From Vicinamibacterales bacterium (GTDB lineage: Bacteria > Acidobacteriota > Vicinamibacteria > Vicinamibacterales > 2-12-FULL-66-21), in NCBI GenBank assembly GCA_036257535.1, contig DATAFJ010000089.1, positions 4,839 through 68,838 on the forward strand: DNA of 64,000 bases. Reading direction: 5' to 3'. Position 1 is the stretch's first letter; each line of letters opens with the position of its first letter. Positions 36,137 through 45,624 of this stretch are shown here, piece after piece. Made by a program: the position numbers and the translations under genes. The notes below the pieces were generated by a model. The model made no database searches. It had not been told where the DNA came from and saw nothing but the letters and a program-made list of their open reading frames with translations.

Positions 36137-37366
36137 CTAACTCAGAATTCGTCCGAACCCGAAGAGGTGGTCGTGCCGGTCCGGCTCGTTGGCGTAGTGG
36201 CGGAGAAAAAGGCGCGCGGCCAGCCAGGAAAACGCGAGGCCGTCGCGCCCCAGCGCGTAGGCGAAGAGGTGGCGCGGGAAGTTGCGGTGGGGGCCGAGAT
36301 AGGGCAGCCCGTCCACGGACTGGATCGTGGTCGCGTCCCAGCCGTGGGTCGGCTGGAGACCCGAAATCGCCGGATAGAGAAGCGACAGCTCGTACATCAA
36401 CTGGCCCGTTCGCTGGATGATCGCCTTGTCGCGCGCGCGGCCCTTGAGCTCAGGCTGATCGCCGCCGCCGAACAGGACTCGATCGTCGCGCATCCATCTG
36501 AGCGCATGCGCGGGCTGTTCGGTGTCGCGCAGCATCGCGCTCCGCCGGCCAACTTCGCGGCGCACGGCAGCGGGCATCGTTTCAGTCAGCACGGCGTACG
36601 AGCTGATGCGCCGCATGTGGCGCCTGAGCGCGCGCAGGTCGTTCGTCGGATAGCCGGTCGCGAGCACCACACGATCTGCCGTGATTGTGCCGCCGGCCGT
36701 GCGGACCTCGACCCCCTTTCGGCCTGCGCGAACCCGCAAGGCTTCGGAACGCTCGTAGATGACGGCGCCGCGCCCTTCGGCCGCTCGAATCAGGCCGAGA
36801 CACGCGCGATACGGATCGATCTGGCCGTTGCCATGAGCCTTGATTCCGCCGACGCCGTCGATCGCGGTCTCGCGCCGCAGCGCCGCGGCGCTCAGCCAGG
36901 CCGCTTCGACGCCAGCCTCCTTGCGAGCCTGGAGCTCGCGCTTCAGCCGCCGCTCGTCCTCTTTCATCCTCGCGAACGTGATTGAATCGACCGTCGTCAG
37001 CTCCGCTCCGACGCCGAGGCGGCGCAGTGCCGCGGCGAAGTCGAGCGCCGCGCGCCGTGCTCCCTGCCAGAGCGCACGCGCCGCACGACGTCCGTAGATC
37101 GACGCGACCTGATGAAAATCGACATCGAGCTCCTGCCGCAGAACGCCCAGCCCGCCTGCGGTGCCGTCGCCCTGTCCCACGCGCTCTGCCTCGACGAGGA
37201 TCACGGGCACGCCGGCCATCGCGAATGTGTACGCGGCGCAGCAGCCGGTCAGTCCTCCGCCGACGATCGCGATCGATGTGTTTGTCGTGCCGCGGTAGCG
37301 CGGCCAGGACGGGCGTCGCGAGTCGGGGAATCGATCGAGCCAGTAAGAAACCGGACGCGTTTTCAT
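36137..37366 (-). CDS. FAD-dependent oxidoreductase (DAO family).
   Basis: The dinucleotide-binding motif IAIVGGGLTGCCAAY is present; the product is 409 aa. Confidence 0.85.
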   Translation of the reverse strand: MKTRPVSYWLDRFPDSRRPSWPRYRGTTNTSIAIVGGGLTGCCAAYTFAMAGVPVILVEAERVGQGDGTAGGLGVLRQELDVDFHQVASIYGRRAARALWQGARRAALDFAAALRRLGVGAELTTVDSITFARMKEDERRLKRELQARKEAGVEAAWLSAAALRRETAIDGVGGIKAHGNGQIDPYRACLGLIRAAEGRGAVIYERSEALRVRAGRKGVEVRTAGGTITADRVVLATGYPTNDLRALRRHMRRISSYAVLTETMPAAVRREVGRRSAMLRDTEQPAHALRWMRDDRVLFGGGDQPELKGRARDKAIIQRTGQLMYELSLLYPAISGLQPTHGWDATTIQSVDGLPYLGPHRNFPRHLFAYALGRDGLAFSWLAARLFLRHYANEPDRHDHLFGFGRILS

Positions 37367-38319
37367 GGCGGCGGTTCGAGGCTCGTCAGGACCTGAATCA
37401 GCCGCGTGACCTGGACCATGTCGGGCAGCGTTCCGCGGACCGCGTGAGCATCCACGCGCGAGAGGCCGGGAACGTACGACGCACGTTCGGCGTCGAGCGT
37501 CAGCTTGAAACCGACTTCGAGATCGATCGGCGTCTTCACGCGGTACGGCTGATGCGAGGGCAACCGCTTCAACGCCGCGGTCACGCCCTGCTGGATCATC
37601 TCCCGCGAACGCGCGGGCGTCGTGGTCTCGGCCGCGTGATAACCGAGTCCATCCTTGACGACGACGCCCTCGATCGACGGAATCGCGGCTTTGAGCTGGG
37701 CGACGGCCTCGCGATCGCCCGAGACGAACGCAACGGGCACTCCGAAATGTCCGGCGAGCGCCGCGTTGAAGATGCCTTCCGAGACCTCTGTGCCGTTCAA
37801 CTTGACGTGCAGCAGCCTGGCGCTGGAGAACGTGTGGCCTCGCACCGCATCGCGGCCGTACTCGCTTGCGTGGTAGCCGATGAAGATGACGGCGCCGACG
37901 TCAGGACCGATGCCCTGCATCATCGAGAGCGGCCGCGGGAACCCTCTCACCACGCGCACGTCGGCCGGCAAGTCGTCGATGAGCAGGTTCTGGGCGTTCC
38001 CGTGCGAGTCGGCGACGACGACCTCGACGGCGCCAGCTTCTTTCGCGGCGGCGACGGCGGTCTTGACCTCTCCGGTCATCCACTCTCGCGCCTTGCCGTA
38101 CTCGAAGCCGGTCGGCCCGAGCTGCGACGGCTGGACCACGCCGGCAATCCCTTCCATGTCGGCTGAGATGAAGACTTTGAGCGGCCGTCCCTGCGCCCGG
38201 CCGTCGGCACGGAACGACAGGATGGCTACGGCGAGAGCTATCAGCGAGTGCTGAACCAGGCGCGGCACGAGGGCACATTCTAACAGCGCCGACGGTCGGC
38301 AGGGTTGCATGCAGTACAT
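37363..38319 (-). CDS. M55-family D-aminopeptidase (DppA-like).
   Basis: Motifs KVFISADMEGIAGV and VADSHGN are present. The start is uncertain because only 8 nt separate the annotated start from the divergent gene. Confidence 0.8.
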   Translation of the reverse strand: MYCMQPCRPSALLECALVPRLVQHSLIALAVAILSFRADGRAQGRPLKVFISADMEGIAGVVQPSQLGPTGFEYGKAREWMTGEVKTAVAAAKEAGAVEVVVADSHGNAQNLLIDDLPADVRVVRGFPRPLSMMQGIGPDVGAVIFIGYHASEYGRDAVRGHTFSSARLLHVKLNGTEVSEGIFNAALAGHFGVPVAFVSGDREAVAQLKAAIPSIEGVVVKDGLGYHAAETTTPARSREMIQQGVTAALKRLPSHQPYRVKTPIDLEVGFKLTLDAERASYVPGLSRVDAHAVRGTLPDMVQVTRLIQVLTSLEPPP

Positions 38320-38327
38320 TAGGGCGC

Positions 38328-40895
38328 ATGCGCGTCAGGGCGGCGGCGCTCTCGCTTCTCCTGCTCTCTGCCGTTCCTCTCTTTTCGCTTCAGCCAGGAG
38401 CGGACCTCGAGACCGGCCGCGTCGGCCTGGGTCTGGCGCTTCGCCGACTGGCCGCGACCGGTACGTTCATGATGGCGACGGCGCATCCGGACGACGAGAA
38501 CAATGCGCTGCTCGCGATGATGAGCCGTGGGCTCGGCGTTCGTACTGTGCTGGCGACGGCGACGCGAGGCGACGGCGGTCAGAACGAGATCGGCCCGGAG
38601 CTCTTCGATGCGCTGGCTGCGCTCCGGACGGAGGAATTGCTCGCTGCTCACCGCTTCGACGGTGCCGAGCAGTTTTTCACGCGCGCGGTCGATTTCGGCT
38701 ACTCGTTCAGCGTCGGGGAGACGTTCGAGCGGTGGGGGCGCGAGGAGATTCTCGGCGATTTCGTCCGCCTCATCCGGATGACGAGACCCGAAGTGATCGT
38801 CGGACTCCGACCGGACGGGACGGGCGGAGGGCAGCACCACCAGGCATCGGCGCAGCTCGCGCGCGAGGCATTCCGCGCCGCGGCCGATCCGGCGCGCTTT
38901 CCCGATCAACTGCGCGACGGCCTTCAACCGTGGCAGGCGGCCAAGTTCTATTTCATGGGCCCGTTCGGCTTCCGCAACGAGAAGCCGCCCGATCCCTCGC
39001 AGAAGTTCGTGGCGATCGATCTCGAAAAGTACGATCCGCTTCTCGGCCGTACGTACGCCGAGATCGGGAGCCAGGCTCGTGCGATGCACAAGTGTCAGGG
39101 GTTCGGCCAGCTGCTCGCGCTGCCGGGCCGCGCCGCCGCCAGGTACGAACTCGTCGACACGGTGATACCGGGTCAATTGGAAAAGACCGAGACGTCGCTC
39201 TTCGATGGTATCGAGACACGGCCGAACCCCGCACAAGAGGCTGTCGAAGGCGCGCAGCGCGCCTTCGATCGATCTGATGAGGCCGGCGTTTCAGAGGCGC
39301 TTCTGGCTGGGCTCGCGAAAGTGCGCTCGCTGCGCGCTCAGAGCGATGGGAGCCGCGGGAATGGCGACCCAGGCACGCCGGACACGCTGACGTTGAAGGA
39401 GTCGCAGCTCGAGGAGGCGCTGCTCCTCGCGCACGGCGTTCGTATCGAGCTGCTCGCAGATGACGGGATTGTCGTGGCCGGTCAGCCGATCAAGCTCAAC
39501 GCGATTGTCGCAGGCCGATTGGATCGGGCGGTCGAGGTCAGCGGCCTGATCTTCGAGGGCTTTGAGGGTGGACCCGCCTGCCCCGGTGGAAAGAGCGCGC
39601 CCGGAGCTGTCTACACCTGCACGGTCGAGGCACGCATTCCCGCCGACGCGAAGCCGACCGGCGTCCACTGGAAGCGTCGGACGGACGCGGATCGCTACGA
39701 CCTCGATCCGGACGTGCCGTTCGGCGCTCCGTTCGCGCCGACGCCGTTTCGCGCAAGGGTTTCTCTCAAGATGGGTGGACTCGACGTCTCGCTCGACCGG
39801 CCGGTCGTGTATAGGTACGAGGGAAGCATCTTCAGCGGCGAAAAGCGGATGGAGCTCAAGGTCGTGCCGGCCGTTGGCGTGTCCATCTCGCCCGAGATCG
39901 CCATCTTGGCACGCGGGTCCAGCGACTTGTCCCGAAAAGCGCCGTCTCGTGAAATACGGGTGACGGCGACGAGCGGTGCAGGAACGATCGCGTCGACCGA
40001 GTTGGCGCTGCAGATGCCGGATGGCTGGCGAGCCGATCCTCCGACCGCGCGCGTGTCGTTCTCGCGCCAGGACGAAGCGCGGACGATTCGGTTCACTGTT
40101 CGGCCGCCCGCCGGTGTGACAGCGAATGACTACAGAGTGGGCGTGACGGTCGACGGCAAGTCGGCCACCGGTTTCCAGGCGGTCGAGTACCCGCACATCC
40201 AGCGGCGTCACCTCCTTCAGGCGGCAGCCGGCGTCGTCAAGGCGCTCGATGTTCGCATCGCGCCGAACCTTCGCGTGGGCTACATCATGGGGGTCGGCGA
40301 TCAGGTGCCGCAGGCGATCGAGCAGCTCGGAGCGACGGTCGAGATGATCGCCGCCGACGATCTCGCGTGGGGCGATCTGTCCCGCTTCGACGTCATCGTG
40401 ACGGGAGTGCGCGCCTACGAGCGGCGTGCGGATCTCCGCGCGAATAATCACAGGTTGATCGAGTACGCCAGGCAGGGCGGTGTGGTCCTGGTTCAGTACA
40501 ACAAGTTCGAATTCAACGAGGCGGCCTACGCGCCACTGCCGGCGAAGGTCAGCGGCAACCGCATAACGGACGAACGGGCCCCTGTCACCGTTCTGGACCC
40601 GTCACATCCTGTGTTTCGGTTTCCGAACAGGATCGACGAACGCACGTGGGAGGGCTGGGTTCAGGAGCGCGGCCTCTACTTTCTCGGCGATCGCGATCCC
40701 GGCTATCGCGATCTCGTGGAACTGACCGATCCGTTCGAGTACAACGCGGGTCCCAAACGCGGTGCGCTCGTCGAAGCAGTCGTCGGCCGCGGACGCTGGA
40801 TCTACGTTGGCCTCGGCCTCTGGCGTCAGCTCCCGGCGGGGACGCCCGGAGCATATCAGCTGCTGGCCAACCTGCTGTCGTTCGGGAAGCTCTGA
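38328..40895 (+). CDS. Large PIG-L/LmbE-family deacetylase with an extended C-terminal region.
   Basis: It has a signal peptide and the motif ATAHPDDENNAL...TRGDGGQNE. The product is 855 aa. Confidence 0.8.
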   Translation: MRVRAAALSLLLLSAVPLFSLQPGADLETGRVGLGLALRRLAATGTFMMATAHPDDENNALLAMMSRGLGVRTVLATATRGDGGQNEIGPELFDALAALRTEELLAAHRFDGAEQFFTRAVDFGYSFSVGETFERWGREEILGDFVRLIRMTRPEVIVGLRPDGTGGGQHHQASAQLAREAFRAAADPARFPDQLRDGLQPWQAAKFYFMGPFGFRNEKPPDPSQKFVAIDLEKYDPLLGRTYAEIGSQARAMHKCQGFGQLLALPGRAAARYELVDTVIPGQLEKTETSLFDGIETRPNPAQEAVEGAQRAFDRSDEAGVSEALLAGLAKVRSLRAQSDGSRGNGDPGTPDTLTLKESQLEEALLLAHGVRIELLADDGIVVAGQPIKLNAIVAGRLDRAVEVSGLIFEGFEGGPACPGGKSAPGAVYTCTVEARIPADAKPTGVHWKRRTDADRYDLDPDVPFGAPFAPTPFRARVSLKMGGLDVSLDRPVVYRYEGSIFSGEKRMELKVVPAVGVSISPEIAILARGSSDLSRKAPSREIRVTATSGAGTIASTELALQMPDGWRADPPTARVSFSRQDEARTIRFTVRPPAGVTANDYRVGVTVDGKSATGFQAVEYPHIQRRHLLQAAAGVVKALDVRIAPNLRVGYIMGVGDQVPQAIEQLGATVEMIAADDLAWGDLSRFDVIVTGVRAYERRADLRANNHRLIEYARQGGVVLVQYNKFEFNEAAYAPLPAKVSGNRITDERAPVTVLDPSHPVFRFPNRIDERTWEGWVQERGLYFLGDRDPGYRDLVELTDPFEYNAGPKRGALVEAVVGRGRWIYVGLGLWRQLPAGTPGAYQLLANLLSFGKL

Positions 40896-40957
40896 GCTCA
40901 GAGCTCACAGCTCAGAGCTCATAGCTCAGAGCTCATAGCTCACAGCTCAGAGCTCAA
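40888..40957. repeat. Ten tandem AGCTCAN heptamers.
   Basis: The units are AGCTCTG AGCTCAG AGCTCAC AGCTCAG AGCTCAT AGCTCAG AGCTCAT AGCTCAC AGCTCAG AGCTCAA. The array spans exactly from the stop codon of the + gene to the stop codon of the - gene and is self-complementary through GAGCTC. Confidence 0.85.
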
Positions 40958-43098
40958 GGCTGCGTCCCCGTCTTCTTCCCGTCTTTCCACGTCTCGTAAG
41001 TCGGATCGACATCCTTTCCGAGGATGTACTTGTCGTACCAGAGGCCGTATCGCCTAAAGCGATCGATCTGGTATGACGGCCGCGAGATGCCGTGGCTCTG
41101 TCCCGGATAGACGACGAGGGCGGCGGGCTTTCCGAGCGATCGGAGCGCGACGTAAAGCTGCTCGGACTGTGGCAGCGGAACGCGGTAGTCGCGATCGCCC
41201 ACCATGATGAGCGTCGGCGTCGTCACTTTCTCGATCGACATCAGCGGCGACAGCCTGCGATAGAGGTCGAGATTGCGCCACGGGAGACCGAGCTCGCGAA
41301 TCCACCACAGCCGCAGATCATCCGTTCCGAAGTTGCTGAACATGTCCACAGCGCCGGCGCCGGACGTCGCCGCGGCGAATCGCGTCGTCTTCGTGATGGT
41401 GTAGTTCGTCATGATCCCGCCGTAGCTCCAGCCGCCCACGCCGACCTTCTTCGCGTCGATGTATCCGGTCGTGAGCATGTGATCGACGCCGGCCATCACG
41501 TCCTGGTAGTCCTTGTTGCCCCAGTCGGCGAAGATCGCGCGACAGAACGCCTCGCCGTAGCCATTGCTGCCGCGCGGGTTCGTGATGAGGACCACGTAGC
41601 CGAGCGAGGCGAGGTACTGGTGCTCGAAATAGAAGCTGTCGGTGTACTGGCTCACCGGCCCGCCATGAATGCGCAGGATGAGGGGATCGGTTTTGGTGGG
41701 ACGACCCTCGAACCCGGGGGGCTTGATCACCCAGCCTTCGATCGGCGTGCCGTCAGCACTCTTGAAATGCACTTCTTCGGCCGGTTTGAAGTCGAGCTTC
41801 GACAGGACGTCTTCGTTGACGCGCGTGAGCGTGCGTGCGGCCTGGGACCCGCCGGTCAGCGGCACCGCGAGGACCTCGGTTGGCCGTGTAGGCGTCGACG
41901 CCGCCAGGACCGCGTGATCGCCTGCGATCTCGAAGTCATCAACGTCGCCGTCGTGAATGGTCGTGCGGGCACCGTCGAGCGTGACCTGCACGAGCGGATT
42001 GCGGCCGGAGTCTACGAGCGCGGTGTAGACAGACTTGCCATCGCTCGCCCAGCGCGGTGCGCCGCTCACGTGACGGTCGAGTTTTCCGGTGATGTCTCGA
42101 GACGCGCCGCCGGGCGAGCCCGAAGACACCGGTATGACCCGGACGCGTGGCGTCGCGTAGATCGGCGGGTTCTCCGGCATGTGGACGCACGCGATACGCT
42201 GCCCGTCAGGTGAGAACACTGGGTTGTCGTCGGAGCCCGGATCATTCGTGATGCGTCGAGGCTCGCCGCCCTGCGCATCGACGACCCAGATGTCGGTGTT
42301 GTCGTTCTCGTCGGGCTCCTTGCTGCGGTTCGAGCTGAACGCAATCGAGCGACCGTCAGGCGCCCACGCCGGATCCCCGTCGTCATAGGGTCCGCTCGTC
42401 AGCGTTTTCGAGACCGCGATGGCACGGCCCGGAACCTCGAGTGCGTTGTCGAGCTGGATGATGTAAAGGTGGCGCCGGCGGAGGTCGAGCCAGCCCGAAC
42501 CGTCGCGCTTGTGTTGCAGGCGCGTGAGCACGATCGGCGGCGCCGCCTCGCGTTCGCTCTCCGGCTTGGCCGTGTCGTCCGCCTCTTCGCGCGCATCGCG
42601 GGACACGACACCGAGACGCTTGCTGTCGGGCGCCCACTGAAGCGTGTCCACGCCTTCGGGAAGCGCGGTGACGGGGTACGCCTCGCCGCCCGTCAACGGC
42701 AGCAGGAAAACCTGTCCCTTCTCCGCGACCTTCTCGAGCACGGGTCCGCCGGCGATGTAGCGGTCGCTCACGAAGGCGAGGTATCGTCCGTCGGGGGAGA
42801 AACGGGGCGAGCTGGCCGAGCCTGTCTGTGTCAGCCGCTCCGGCTGGCCGCCGGCGACCGACCGGCACCCGCCACAGGCTCGATGTCCTCCGGTCTTTCG
42901 CGCGATCGATTTCACTTACCGTGAAGGCAGCGGCACGTCCGTCGGGCGACACGTCAGGCCGCCGACGTCCTTGAGGCCGTACCAATCGTCGAGCTGAATC
43001 GGCCGCCGCGCGCTCTGTGCGGGCGCCGACCCCGCGGCCGAGAGCGCGAGGGGCAGCGCCAGGAGAGTGACCCGGAAGTACAGCGGTATGTGCGACAT
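40954..43098 (-). pseudogene. S9-family serine peptidase (beta-propeller plus alpha/beta hydrolase) with two compensating frameshifts near the 5' end.
   Basis: The nucleophile block is GGWSYGG. The N-terminus reads MSHIPLYF...KDVGG in frame a, then DVSPDGRAAAFTVSEIDRAKDRRTSSLWRVPV only in frame b, then GGQPERLTQ...SPDGRYLAF back in frame a. Frame a has a TAA at 42916-42918. Confidence 0.65.
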
Positions 43099-43134
43099 GG
43101 CGGTATTTGTATCACGGTGGTAGACTCCCGCCGC

Positions 43135-43160
43135 GAATCCGGCGCACGCTCCCGGCCGTA
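43135..43160 (+). promoter_or_regulatory. Candidate ECF-type autoregulated promoter.
   Basis: GAATCC-N16-CGTA lies about 17 nt upstream of the sigma-factor ATG. Confidence 0.3.
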
Positions 43161-43176
43161 GGACTGTAGAAGCCGC

Positions 43177-43755
43177 ATGTGGAACCGCGCGGTTATCGAC
43201 GACCAGACATTCGATCGCGAAGCCGTCGTCCGCATGTCGGCCGGAGATCCCGAGGGATTGTCTCGCCTCTACGACCGGCATGCCCGTGCGGTGTACTCGC
43301 TGGCGCTCAGGATCGTCGAAGACCGCGCCGAGGCCGAGGACATCGTCCAGGACGTCTTTTCACAGGCCTGGTTCCAGGCACGGCGCTACGATCACGAGCG
43401 CGCGCCGGTGGCGGGCTGGCTCTTGATGATGGCGCGCAGCCGTGCGATCGATCGGCTGCGCAGCCGGCGTGTCAGGCCCGACAACGCCGCGGCGTTCGAC
43501 GACCATCAATTCGACGCAGTGGTGGACCCCGCGCCGCGCCAGGATCTTGAAGCGATCAGCGCGGAGCAGGCCGGACGCGTGCGCAACGCGCTCGAGGCGC
43601 TGCCCCCCGAAAAACGGCGGGCCATCGAGCTTGCGTACTACGAAGGATTGACGCACACGGAGATCGCCGAGCGTCTGGGTGAGCCGCTAGGCACCGTCAA
43701 GACCAGAATCCGGCTGGGGATGCTCCGGTTGCGGGAGGCGCTGGGCCAGGCATGA
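43177..43755 (+). CDS. ECF sigma factor (SigK/RpoE-like).
   Basis: Region 2 is DIVQDVFSQAWF. Region 4 is LTHTEIAERLGEPLGTVKTRIRLG. Confidence 0.9.
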   Translation: MWNRAVIDDQTFDREAVVRMSAGDPEGLSRLYDRHARAVYSLALRIVEDRAEAEDIVQDVFSQAWFQARRYDHERAPVAGWLLMMARSRAIDRLRSRRVRPDNAAAFDDHQFDAVVDPAPRQDLEAISAEQAGRVRNALEALPPEKRRAIELAYYEGLTHTEIAERLGEPLGTVKTRIRLGMLRLREALGQA

Positions 43756-44567
43756 CCCACGAGGAGCTGCGCGAGCTGACCGGATCGTACGCGCTCGGTG
43801 CGCTCACGCGCGACGAGCGGCGATCGGTCGAGGCACACCTCGCCGAGTGCGACGCGTGCTCGGCCGAAGTACGCGCGCTCATGCCCGTAGCGGATGCGCT
43901 CGGCAGAATCGTGCCGCAGCAGGATCCTCCCGCGGCACTCAAACGCCGCGTCCTCGATTCGGTGTACGGTGCTGGACAGAGGCTGCCGTCGGTTTACGAC
44001 CGTCCGGTTGCCGCGAAGCGTATGGGCGCGTGGCCGGCATGGCTCGCGGCCGCCGCCGCGGCGGTAGCGGCGGTCGCACTGGGTGTTTACGTGCAGGTCC
44101 TGCAGGACCGCATCGTGAGGTTGGAAGAGGGGCTTCGCCAGGCGGAAGCGCGCGCCGCCTCCACAGGCACCGCACTCGTCGCGGCCCGAGAGACTGCGAA
44201 CGAAGCGCAGATGCGCGTCGCGATCCTGTCGGCGCCAGACGTGGCGCGCGTCGATCTCACGGGACAGACGCCCGCGCCGCGCGCCAGCGCGCGCGCCTAC
44301 TGGAGCCGCTCGCGCGGGTTGATGTTCACCGCCAGCGATCTGCCGCCGCTACCGGCCGGGAAGGTCTATCAGCTGTGGGTCGTGACAGCCGAGGCGCCGG
44401 TGAGTGCCGGACTCCTCCGGCCCGATCCCGGCGGCCGCGCATCACTTACGGTCGAGACGCCTCAGGATCTCGCGACGCCGGTGGCGATGGCGGTCACGAT
44501 CGAGCCTGCCGGCGGCGTGCCGGCGCCGACCGGCGAGAAGTATTTGATCGGTACGCCTACTCACTAA
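43752..44567 (+). CDS. Anti-sigma factor (zf-HC2 N-terminus, RskA-like C-terminus).
   Basis: It has HLAECDACSAEV, a TM helix, and YQLWVV...AVTIEPAGG at the C-terminus. It overlaps the sigma-factor gene by 4 nt. Confidence 0.85.
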   Translation: MTHEELRELTGSYALGALTRDERRSVEAHLAECDACSAEVRALMPVADALGRIVPQQDPPAALKRRVLDSVYGAGQRLPSVYDRPVAAKRMGAWPAWLAAAAAAVAAVALGVYVQVLQDRIVRLEEGLRQAEARAASTGTALVAARETANEAQMRVAILSAPDVARVDLTGQTPAPRASARAYWSRSRGLMFTASDLPPLPAGKVYQLWVVTAEAPVSAGLLRPDPGGRASLTVETPQDLATPVAMAVTIEPAGGVPAPTGEKYLIGTPTH

Positions 44568-45492
44568 AGATCGCTTTCATCGCCCGATCGATCTGCGGCA
44601 GGTGAAACCGGAAGCCCATCGAGAGTGCTTTCGAGGGAATCGCGCGCTGACCCGTCAGGAGCAGCTCGTCTGCCATCTCGCCGAGCATGATGCGAAGACC
44701 AAACGCGGGCGCCGGGAGCCAGCTCGGCCGATGAAGGGCGCGTGCGAGCGCTCTCATGAAGACCGCGTTTGGAACCGGCTCCGGCGCGGTCACGTTGAAC
44801 GCTCCTTTCGCCTGCGGCGTCCGTGCGATCCACCGCACCATTTCGAGCCAGTCGGCGCGGTGAATCCAGGAGACGTACTGCCGTCCCGATCCAAGCGGGC
44901 CGCCGGCAAAGAGACGAACCGGCGTCATCATGCGCGGCAGCGCGCCGCCCGATCGTTCGATCACGAGGCCGGTTCGCAGGATTGCGACGCGCGCGCCGGT
45001 CGGTGAGACGGCGAGAGCTTCCCGTTCCCAGGCGCCGGTCACGTCGGCGAGGAACCCGCGCCCTTGAGGCTCCTCTTCGCTGACTGGCTCGTCGCCGCGC
45101 GGCCCGTAATAGTCCTTTGCCGAACCGCTGATGAACGTCGCCGGCGGCCGGGCGGCGGCGCGAATGGCTGCCGCCAGGCTGGCCGTTGCCGAGAGCCGGC
45201 TGTCGCGGACGCGGGCTTTGTGCTCCAGCGTCCAGCGTGCGCCGCCAATTGATTCACCGCTCAAGTTGACGACGAGATCGGCGCCGTCGATGACGGCGGC
45301 CCAGGGCCCTGTCGATCCATCCGGCTTCCAGCCGACGTGGGTGATGCCGGGAAGTCCCATGCCCGCTTCGTACTCGGACACGGCCGGCGCGAGCCGGCGA
45401 GTGAGGATGGTGACCTGATGACCGTCTTCGGCGTAGAGCTCCGCGAGCGGCCGGCCCAGGAAACCGCTGCCGCCCGCAATCACTGCTTTCAT
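44557..45492 (-). CDS. TIGR01777-type NAD-dependent epimerase/dehydratase family protein (YfcH-like).
   Basis: The product begins MKAVIAGGSGFLG and is preceded by a GGGAGGAG SD. I set the start at 45492. Confidence 0.85.
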   Translation of the reverse strand: MKAVIAGGSGFLGRPLAELYAEDGHQVTILTRRLAPAVSEYEAGMGLPGITHVGWKPDGSTGPWAAVIDGADLVVNLSGESIGGARWTLEHKARVRDSRLSATASLAAAIRAAARPPATFISGSAKDYYGPRGDEPVSEEEPQGRGFLADVTGAWEREALAVSPTGARVAILRTGLVIERSGGALPRMMTPVRLFAGGPLGSGRQYVSWIHRADWLEMVRWIARTPQAKGAFNVTAPEPVPNAVFMRALARALHRPSWLPAPAFGLRIMLGEMADELLLTGQRAIPSKALSMGFRFHLPQIDRAMKAIFSE

Positions 45493-45589
45493 CACTCCTC
45501 CCGCCCTGTCATCTGCACACCCCCCGTATTGGACGGTCAATCCCGCCTTGGAGTTTGCTCACGAACCGGGGCGCGTGTCGGCCCGGGGC

Positions 45590-45595
45590 TATAAT
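45590..45595 (+). promoter_or_regulatory. Candidate -10 box.
   Basis: A perfect TATAAT lies 30 nt upstream of the S9 peptidase start in otherwise GC-rich DNA. No good -35 is present. Confidence 0.3.
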
Positions 45596-45624
45596 CGGAC
45601 TGCTTCCCGGTCGAAAGAGGTGTC

